This document shows, piece after piece, positions 8,591 through 17,100 of a DNA stretch of 55,660 nucleotides. The position numbers and the translations under genes are program-made. Origin of the DNA: a virus (Duplodnaviria > Caudoviricetes); the IMG/VR virus record IMGVR_UViG_3300031578_006468, positions 1-55,660 of that record; one strand, given 5' to 3'. Position 1 is the stretch's first letter, and each line of letters opens with the position of its first letter. Below the pieces are notes generated by a model. The model had not been told where the DNA came from and did no database searches. It worked only from the letters and a program-made list of their open reading frames with translations.

Positions 8591-10138
8591 ATGGCTGTTA
8601 CTATTACATCAAAATTTTATCAAGATAGTACGTGGAAAGACATTTCTAAAGTAGTTTTCACAAGTCCTAATATAGATAATCCGGCTACAGCCGGAACAAG
8701 ATCTCATATTTTACCGGGCGAGGGAGATCTGGGCTTGTGGTATGAGGATACGTCTAATATGTACAGAATAGAGCCTTTTCAAGGAGTTACATCTTCAAGT
8801 TACTATAACTATGATATGATGAATCTAACAGAAATAGATCTTAATTCATTATCAACATCAGTAACAGTAACTGGTACTATTTATAACAGAGATATTCTTT
8901 ATGAATATATTAAAGATGGTTTGGGGTATACTGCAACTGGTTATTTACCTTTTGATATGGATGGCCCATCCAGCCCCGTTACTGAAACTCGTGTTAAATT
9001 ACAATATAGTAATGAAGAATCACACTCGAACAGTAAAGGACATTTACCATATATATATGTGGCTGAGATAGTGGCGCCAGGAGCTACTACTGTATCAGTT
9101 TATGATCTTTCTACTACTTTTGCGGTCCTTGATTCCTATAATAAGGCGTGGGTGGTTAATCAGATTGTAGGTGAAGAAGAATGTTATATTGATATAGACT
9201 TTGATAAGTCATATAAAATTACACGAGTATATATGAAGGGGCAATATTCTTATGATATTTCTGGTGGTGTTTATTTCAATAGAAGGTTTTTTGGGCATTA
9301 TAAAATACTTGGTAAGTTGGCTATAGATGATGAGTGGGTTGAAATTTATAGTGGGGCTAATACAACAAGTATAGATACCACCATCTTCTTGACAACAAAC
9401 GACAAATTTTTTAAATATTATAGATTACTTATACTAGACAACACTGGTTTAAGCACATCTTCGCCAGCTTTTAATCAGTCTTACTATGCTCTATCATATC
9501 TTCAATTTTCTATATATGATTACAATGAAATTCCTACTAGAACAAAACCACTATATAACTTCAAAACTAATGGTACTGCAGATATAATTTATATAGACAG
9601 TGTAACTAGTAATGGAGATTATACCTATGATTGTAGTATAGATTCCACCACCGGCTCTGGTATTGTAGCTGTTAGCGGGACACTTTATGGCTGGGGTTCT
9701 TTTACTGGGACTACTGATTATAATACTCAGGATAGTATAGTATTTGAAACAACAGTGGGCGAAGCATATAATTGTAGGTTAACTGCTTGGGACGATGTTA
9801 CTCATAGTACATTACTTAATGAACTGATTCAGGGGGATAAAGTTAGGGTTTCTGCTTTAGCTTTTTGTTGCTCGAATTCTAAATTAGAACCTAATGAAAG
9901 TTTTGATCCTAAACCGATAAACTTTGTCCATGGGCCTGTACAGAATAGAATTTTAAAAGGTAATACTGTAGATGTTACCACTAATCTTTATTATGGTGAT
10001 TTTGATATGGTTTACAGGTATGAGGACGATGTTTATGGTGATTTTTTAATGTTTAAACCTATGCTTTATGGAATGGATGATAGCATATCCTATGGGGTGC
10101 ATGATTATATAATAACTTTCCATTACTCGTACACGTAA
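8591..10138 (+). CDS. Putative virion protein with discoidin (F5/8 type C)-like domain and C-terminal AWDD domain
   Basis: AW....YIDIDFDKSYKITRVYM...YKILG...W.E.....FKYYRLLI is discoidin-like. C-terminus LTAWDD...FHYSYT. Confidence 0.6.
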   Translation: MAVTITSKFYQDSTWKDISKVVFTSPNIDNPATAGTRSHILPGEGDLGLWYEDTSNMYRIEPFQGVTSSSYYNYDMMNLTEIDLNSLSTSVTVTGTIYNRDILYEYIKDGLGYTATGYLPFDMDGPSSPVTETRVKLQYSNEESHSNSKGHLPYIYVAEIVAPGATTVSVYDLSTTFAVLDSYNKAWVVNQIVGEEECYIDIDFDKSYKITRVYMKGQYSYDISGGVYFNRRFFGHYKILGKLAIDDEWVEIYSGANTTSIDTTIFLTTNDKFFKYYRLLILDNTGLSTSSPAFNQSYYALSYLQFSIYDYNEIPTRTKPLYNFKTNGTADIIYIDSVTSNGDYTYDCSIDSTTGSGIVAVSGTLYGWGSFTGTTDYNTQDSIVFETTVGEAYNCRLTAWDDVTHSTLLNELIQGDKVRVSALAFCCSNSKLEPNESFDPKPINFVHGPVQNRILKGNTVDVTTNLYYGDFDMVYRYEDDVYGDFLMFKPMLYGMDDSISYGVHDYIITFHYSYT

Positions 10139-10228
10139 GATTTGGTGGAAAAACTTAAAAGATGCAGCGACTCTTATTTGATATTAAAATACTATTACTA
10201 AAAAGGATTGTTTTTAGGAAATTTAACT

Positions 10229-11794
10229 ATGCCTGATGATACAAGTAAGGTTTGGGTAGACGTATCTTTTTCAGAAACTCTTGAAACAAATAGAGACGTA
10301 TTAGTATCTTTAGATCTTGGTTCGGCGGAAAATATTGGAGGATACTCCATACCAGTTATATATATTGCTGAGGAAGTTGAATATGACGAATATGATGTAG
10401 AGGTAGAATATTATCAAGAAACTTATGCGATTAATGAACTTAAAATTGTACCAAATGAATATTTTTATTTTCCTCCGCCCTTAAATGATGCTGTTATAAC
10501 GTCACTAGTAGAACTCAGTCTTGGAGACGATACTATAAGTGGAACCAACAATACAACTGCAGTTTATGAGACTGGTTATAGTTCCATTTCAGGCTCTATT
10601 GATAGTAGTGTGACTTTTATAGGTGGAAACAACTTTCCGGGTTTTTATGAAACCCCTGTTTACTTTTGGAATCAGCCCCCAGCTAGCGGAATATTAGAGT
10701 ATTGGGTAAACCATACTAACTTTTGTGGTAGTTACAGTAGTGGTCAAACACCAATACCTACACATGAGGCAGAATTAAGTTATTTAGCTCAATATGGCAC
10801 AACAGCCTCTGGTATAACCCCTGCAGCTATAGATATAATAGTTGATATAACCTTTGCTGGATGGGTAGATTGGATTTTTTATGCTGATGTCTATTCAACT
10901 ATTTTACACTTTGATGATTATTTTAATATTGAGGCTAATACTATAATTGGTGGTCTTTTGCCGCTTAACCTGGATGTTACAGCAGCAGCTTTAACTGTTA
11001 GTGGAACTACTTGTGACCTTTATTGTACTTTATTAAGTAATGATTATATAGATGCTGAAATGGAAGTAATTCCTGGCGGAATTGGGTATATAAGAAATGA
11101 TGTTTATTCGGCGTTAGAAAAAGTTGTGGGTATAGCTTTAAATGTGGATTTATACTCATTAAAAATCTCAAACTTTTCTTTAGATGAGGGAGAATATACA
11201 ACAGCGTCTGGATTTATATCAGTAGATATTACTGATGATGAATGCCCTGTCTCTACATCAGGAACATACTTTATGGTGGATGACCAACAAGTACCAGTAA
11301 CTTTTTCACCAATATCCGATGGTTATAGAATGTTTTATAACCCTGACGATGATTTTTCTTCTATAGAGGGGCCAGCTATTTTTACTGTCCATGCTGAGAA
11401 TACGTGTGATAAATATTTAGAGGTAGATTACTATTTAACTTTTGGATATTTAGTTGAATATTTTAATCATCCTGGTTTGAATACCAACATAGATTATGGG
11501 TTTAATAATAAAGTAGTTGTTAGAGTAACTGCTGAAGACTACGCAAGTTGCCCACAACTAAGTTCTTTAGCATGGGATTTTGAAAGTAAAGAATTATATA
11601 ATAATGATTTAAGTGCTAGCATAAATGGTAGATTCCATGCTTATGACTATGAAGAATTAAATGCTAGTATAAGTCCAATAAGTACGGCGTATTTTTATGG
11701 TAAGGAGATCAGTGTAGTAGTTAATGCTAAAGATTTTGCTGGTAATCAGATGGAGCCTTTAGTCTTGGTTTACAGAATTGAAAATAAACCATAA
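10229..11794 (+). CDS. Acidic putative virion protein with C-terminal Ig-like domains
   Basis: ATG at 10229 preferred over TTG 10208 because of the TAGGA RBS at 10215. VVVNAKDFAGN is a typical Ig-like terminal motif. Eight SG dipeptides. Confidence 0.6.
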   Translation: MPDDTSKVWVDVSFSETLETNRDVLVSLDLGSAENIGGYSIPVIYIAEEVEYDEYDVEVEYYQETYAINELKIVPNEYFYFPPPLNDAVITSLVELSLGDDTISGTNNTTAVYETGYSSISGSIDSSVTFIGGNNFPGFYETPVYFWNQPPASGILEYWVNHTNFCGSYSSGQTPIPTHEAELSYLAQYGTTASGITPAAIDIIVDITFAGWVDWIFYADVYSTILHFDDYFNIEANTIIGGLLPLNLDVTAAALTVSGTTCDLYCTLLSNDYIDAEMEVIPGGIGYIRNDVYSALEKVVGIALNVDLYSLKISNFSLDEGEYTTASGFISVDITDDECPVSTSGTYFMVDDQQVPVTFSPISDGYRMFYNPDDDFSSIEGPAIFTVHAENTCDKYLEVDYYLTFGYLVEYFNHPGLNTNIDYGFNNKVVVRVTAEDYASCPQLSSLAWDFESKELYNNDLSASINGRFHAYDYEELNASISPISTAYFYGKEISVVVNAKDFAGNQMEPLVLVYRIENKP

Positions 11795-11846
11795 TTTTAG
11801 TTACTTTATCTAACCTTATAATTGGTAGTGAGACTTATATTATTTG

Positions 11847-11865
11847 TTGCCCTAAGGCCGGGCAA
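11847..11865. promoter_or_regulatory. Intergenic hairpin (possible terminator or mRNA-stabilising stem)
   Basis: TTGCCC-TAAGGCC-GGGCAA inverted repeat, extendable with bulges into the flanking TATTTGTT / AACAAAAATA, in the 130-nt gap before the 523-aa gene. Confidence 0.4.
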
Positions 11866-11924
11866 TTTAACAAAAATATTAGCACAAGTATTGTTTTAAA
11901 ACGATATTAAGGAGGAATAAATAT

Positions 11925-13496
11925 ATGTGTGCAGCAATTACTAGATGGGTGGAGTATTCTGTAGATGCTTCTGGAACTGCAGGAACTGGTGGTGGAGTTC
12001 AAGAGGGCGTTGGAATACAAGGATATTCTCTGGCCACAGGAGCAACCGATAAAGATTTATTTAGTATAGGAGCTGGCAATAATAGGCTTTATGTCAGTAT
12101 GGATGGGGATTCGGGTTATGTTACTTTGGTCAGTGGTACTAATATGGACCCACGTTATGTAGCTAAAGATATATCTGAAAAATTACATAATTTAGGAAAA
12201 AATGACCCTTCGTATGACCAAGCACAATGTATATGGGAAAATAATAAATTAAAACTATATTCAGGCAGTCTAGGGTCTAGTTCATCATCTACTGTCGTTA
12301 GTGGTTCTAATACTGCCCATATAGAATTGGGTTGGGGAACAAAAACTGATGTTGGTGGTTCCAATAATAACCCAGCAACAAGTACTTTAAATCAGTATAA
12401 TGGTGGGGTTACAGTTTCTGGGGTCTACAATGGGTTTTTTGATGAAGTTTATACTATAGTGGTATGTAATAGTTGGACCATAAACACACCAGTAAAAGGT
12501 GGTTCTAACTCTTATACAGGTACCACAAGTGCAGGTGGAATTTATAACCACGCCTCGAGCATAACATATACTATAAACGTAGATACCACTAATGGTACTA
12601 CAATGGGCGGCGGAACTGGTAATGTTCCTAAAATATCTTGGACTTCTACTGGGAATGCCGATAATAGTAGTGCTGATGTGGAGCTTTTATATCCGAACTA
12701 TTGGTATAAGCTAGGAACTAAAGGGGCTATGATAAAATTTTCTGATGCTGTGTTTAATCATTGCCCGCCGGGAACTCCTGCTTGGACTGTGGCGTGTAGC
12801 TATCCACAATATACACATGGTACAAACACACAAGGTGCAGCTGGAGATGCTCAGTATATTTGGGGAAGCTCTAGGGGAGATGATTCTGGAAATAACCCAG
12901 TAACTACTAGTGAAGACGCGCTTACACAGCTTGGCAGCAGAGGTTTATATATAAAATTTACTGGGGATAATAACTTTAAGGCCGGCGATCAATTTAAAGT
13001 TATATGTACACCACCACAACCAAAATCTTATGATGTTACTAATATAAATTATGGGAATGTTACGGTTTCTACTGAGTCACCAGTTAAAGTTGTAATGTTT
13101 GAAATTTCTTCAGGCGCGGTTGAAATGAGTACTGTAAAGTTTGGACTACAAAGTCATGGTACTTTTCAACATCATTATGCGAATAACAGTGACACTAATT
13201 TTAGATTTGGTACCGTAGGTCCAGGCCAACCAAGTGGTTCATCACCATTAGATGGTAGAGAGTGGCGTGTTGATACAGTAGCTGCAGATATAGATAGTGA
13301 TACCCCACCAAGTTACTTTTATGGTACTAAGGCTAATTTAGCTGTAGTTGCAGATGCTGATGATAGTGAATCTATTGGGGCAAGTAGTTTTATGGGTATG
13401 GTATCTGATCCTATATTTTTAAATGTTAAATTAGGGGCTTCGGAAGTAGGAGCTAATAGTACAATTAATTATCGTATATTTTTTGACTACTCGTAA
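11925..13496 (+). CDS. Gly/Ser/Thr-rich putative major virion protein
   Basis: Strong AAGGAGG RBS and its own intergenic leader. Beta-rich, with an FKAGDQFKV motif and the module shared with the 315-aa and 2992-aa proteins. Confidence 0.55.
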   Translation: MCAAITRWVEYSVDASGTAGTGGGVQEGVGIQGYSLATGATDKDLFSIGAGNNRLYVSMDGDSGYVTLVSGTNMDPRYVAKDISEKLHNLGKNDPSYDQAQCIWENNKLKLYSGSLGSSSSSTVVSGSNTAHIELGWGTKTDVGGSNNNPATSTLNQYNGGVTVSGVYNGFFDEVYTIVVCNSWTINTPVKGGSNSYTGTTSAGGIYNHASSITYTINVDTTNGTTMGGGTGNVPKISWTSTGNADNSSADVELLYPNYWYKLGTKGAMIKFSDAVFNHCPPGTPAWTVACSYPQYTHGTNTQGAAGDAQYIWGSSRGDDSGNNPVTTSEDALTQLGSRGLYIKFTGDNNFKAGDQFKVICTPPQPKSYDVTNINYGNVTVSTESPVKVVMFEISSGAVEMSTVKFGLQSHGTFQHHYANNSDTNFRFGTVGPGQPSGSSPLDGREWRVDTVAADIDSDTPPSYFYGTKANLAVVADADDSESIGASSFMGMVSDPIFLNVKLGASEVGANSTINYRIFFDYS

Positions 13497-13572
13497 TAAT
13501 ATCAATAAGCTATATATTAAAACAAATTCTATATTCGATAATTAACTAATAGGAAAAGGGAGGACATAAGTC

Positions 13573-13788
13573 ATGCCACTATATGATCTAGTATGTAGCT
13601 GTGGCTACTCAAAGGAACAGGTATTAAAACTAAATGAAAAGGAGCCGATGTGCGACAAGTGCGGTCTTAAAATGGTTAAGGCTATGTCTACACCGGCTTT
13701 TATTTTAAAAGGTGCTGGCTGGTCAAAGGATAATTATGGTTTAAAGTCCAGTCCAAAAAAGAGTGGAGGTAATAAAAATGGTGCGTAG
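13573..13788 (+). CDS. FmdB-family zinc-ribbon protein
   Basis: MPLYDLVC.CG...C.KCG..M.K.MS.PAFILKG.GW..D.Y matches the FmdB-family pattern. GGGAGG RBS. Confidence 0.85.
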   Translation: MPLYDLVCSCGYSKEQVLKLNEKEPMCDKCGLKMVKAMSTPAFILKGAGWSKDNYGLKSSPKKSGGNKNGA

Positions 13789-14098
13789 AGATTTTAGAGG
13801 GTGGGAAGTTTACTATGCAGATGGAACAACTATTAATGAAGATCAAGCAGATTGGAATACCATATCTAAACAGGGTATAGCACGACTGGTGCTTCATTAT
13901 GACGGCCGCCAGTGGCATTTGGACGACAAGCCTGAGTATATTCAAAAGAAACAAGCCTCTGTTATTTCTAGCATACCTAATAGCTTTAGAATAGAATCTA
14001 GAAGTATAGGTTATTACGATGGTGTAGACAAAGTAATGTATACTGTAGATGAACATACTGGAAGAATGAAGGTTGAGGTTAAAAGTTCTAATAACTAA
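13778..14098 (+). CDS. Hypothetical protein, distant paralog of 8104-8577
   Basis: ATG at 13778 follows GGAGGT (13765-13770). Motif WEVYYADGT...WNTISKQGIARL. Confidence 0.65.
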   Translation: MVRRDFRGWEVYYADGTTINEDQADWNTISKQGIARLVLHYDGRQWHLDDKPEYIQKKQASVISSIPNSFRIESRSIGYYDGVDKVMYTVDEHTGRMKVEVKSSNN

Positions 14099-14120
14099 TA
14101 GGAGCCTATAATATTAAATA

Positions 14121-17100
14121 ATGGCCATTAATGTCGCTGATCTAATAAAAGAGTGGTGGAATAAGTATCAACCAGATCCAAGAGCCAACTACGATCTAGT
14201 TGTATCTACTACTAGAGAACAACTTGATACGGAAGGTATTATTAAGTACCCAGGTGGAGTAACTCAAAAAGTAACTAACTCTAACCTTCAAACTGGGGCT
14301 TGTCAATATTGGGTCAAGGGTTTGCCGGCTGTATGTACTAACTGGAATGGTCAGACGCTTATTTGTACAGCTGAATTTACTGATATAGTAGATAAACCTT
14401 CTGGATATGGATTAGGTAAATGTGACATGTTAGGCCGCCGCGACTGGTGTTCTAAATATACAGCTGCGGCTCCTGAAAATCTAGAAGAGTTTGTTTGTGT
14501 TGCTCCTTGTATAGAAAAAAGTGGTTTGGGTAGGCAAGAAGAAAATGAATTTGGTTCTTTAAGTTATAGGCCATTTTTGCCATCTGAAATAAGGGGGTAT
14601 AACGCAGACGAAGCTGGGGTAGGTAGATGTGATGGTTGGGGTATGGGCCGTTCAGATCAAGGACCTTATCTTTTAGTAGAGGATATATATACAGATAGGC
14701 CTATATGTAGACACTACAGACCACAACAGATGGGTTTTGGGGCAATACAGCCTAGACCTTACCCAGGTTCTACTACTCCAGGAAAACCATTTGATCCTGC
14801 TGTAAATAGGTTACCTACAACGCTTGAAGAACTACACGATGGATCTCCTTCAGACCCCCTTGTTAGGGCTACTATAAGGCTACCACACGCTTTTCAAATT
14901 TATAATTCAAGAGCTATGTATCAAAAATGCGCATATTGGGATGCAGATCTTCCATCTTTTTTTGAAATAGATAAATATGGTGGAGATCCTATAAATGATA
15001 TTATAAATTTGGATGAGGATATTTTTTGCATCTGTACGGAAGGGGAATTATGTGATCCATATAGAAATGTTGCGGAAGTTTGGCCTCCAGGAGTTCCATA
15101 CGTTCTATCTTCAGTTTGGGCTGGATATGGTGGTATAATTTGCAATGGAGCAAAGCCGGAGTGCCCGTGTTATACTGGTAAATGGATATATTGTAATGAT
15201 AACAATATGCGTGATGGTATGCGTGTAACTGCTGATCAAGTTTATGAGTTAAGGTTTTGGGCTTCTAATTGGTCCAGCCAAGATGAGTATGATAATTATT
15301 ATTTGACCAAGCCGGGCCGCACAGAAAATAGCTATGCTGATGAGTCTACTTCTGATATATATACTTTTACTGAGTGGGAAAAGTTTGATGGTACAAATCC
15401 TAATCAAAGTACGATGAGGGGTAAAAAACACCACATGTGTATGCCAGCTCCTCTAAATATGAGATGGTTTGATCCTAGTATTTATATAACTAAAGAGTTA
15501 GTAACTTATCCTAAGATAGGTACAAATACTGGTACAAATGTACAAAACTCGGGGGTTTCTTTTCCAACTTTAGTTAGAGAGCTTGAAGACCCAAAAGATT
15601 TTGTTCCTGACATATTTATAGTATATCCATATATGACAACTGATCCTTGGGATACAGTTGTGTGTGATGATAGTGATAAACCAGATTATTGTTTTCATGA
15701 TTCTAATGTTATGTCTGATACTTATATAACTTTTGCTGGTCATACTACATCAAGTAAAATGGTTTATGTTTTAAACTCAGAGCTGTGTCAATCATTAAAA
15801 GGCAGTAAGGCTAAAGAATATTTTGATTCATATACAAGAGCTACTCAAATACTTGGAACTGTTTGGGCTGATTATAATGAATCTGTAGAAAAACTTTTAG
15901 AAAACTGTATCGAGGAAAATGTAGGTATAGACAAAGTAGTTTCTAATGAAAGCGGTGTGTTTATACTTGATAATGTGGAGCTTAAACCTAATTCTGAGAA
16001 TAGATTCTACGTTATATGCAGATATTTCGAAGATGATTTTCCTTATTATACATTTAGAAAAATTAGAGTTATCGATAGGTATTGGGGAGCTCTTATAACA
16101 CAGACATCGGCTATTCATAGCCGCGGAGACGGAGTTGTATGGGTGGATTCGTTTCCATCTTATTTTTTGCCAGGTGTTGATATCGTAGGAAATGTATCAT
16201 CTACTTTGGGCATAGTTTCGACTGTTTTTTCTACTTACGCTTTGTATGTTTACAGTCTTACAGCAGGTAATAAGGCCTATTATTCTTATTGTATAAATGA
16301 ATATGAAGAGGAAGATAGTGATGTAGTTCATTGGTGTCAGATAGGTCCTACGGGGTATATTTGGGCCGAACTGGATAATATTCAAATATCATATTTATGG
16401 TCTTTAACTATTGTTGATGCATACATGGAACTAAGATCGGGAGACAACACTTCTGTTAATTTATGTGGCTCAACCGATAATAAAGTTCAGTTAACATTAG
16501 TCTTTCCAGAATCGGGCGTATCTGCAGAGGAAGCTTCTATGCAGAGGCTTTCTATACCACCGGATGCTATTATTCTAAAATCAGAAAACCCAATGGCGTT
16601 TTTTAATAGAGATTGGAAGTTAGTGGTTTCTTATAAATATAAAAGACTAGAAACATTCACCAATGAGTTTACAATATGGCCTACTAATATGACTGGCGAT
16701 AATCCATCTAACAATTTTGTAGAATCTCCTTATACTATAGAGCATGAGGAAGATTCTTCTACTTTCTCAATAAATAACGCTGGGGGTATTGCATCTAAAG
16801 GTACAGTGAAGGTTATGGCTTATATAGTTGATGAGGCTGGAAGAGTGCAGACAGCCGCAGCAACTAAAATGTTAATGCAGGGTTGCGAGCTGTTGTGTAG
16901 AAGTGTAGATATACGTTATAAATATTCTGCAGACGCTATAAAATATGATTTAGAGCCGTCTCGCGGATTTTTTACTTGGCGCGGTCCTCCTACTGTCAAT
17001 CAGAGTTCTGGGGATGGGGCTATACATACGTATAAAAATAAATGTGGTGATCACGACTGTAATGATCCATACAATTGTATAGGCCCTGTATGGTTTCCTT

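Noticed and set aside
10139-13572. tRNA or other structured RNA genes in the intergenic gaps
   Set aside because: The gaps are short and AT-rich, with no cloverleaf or T-loop consensus visible.
13543-14103. TAACTAATAGGA repeated before two genes as a late promoter
   Set aside because: Only two copies, AT-rich, and one is explained by a stop codon plus RBS. Not seen in other leaders.
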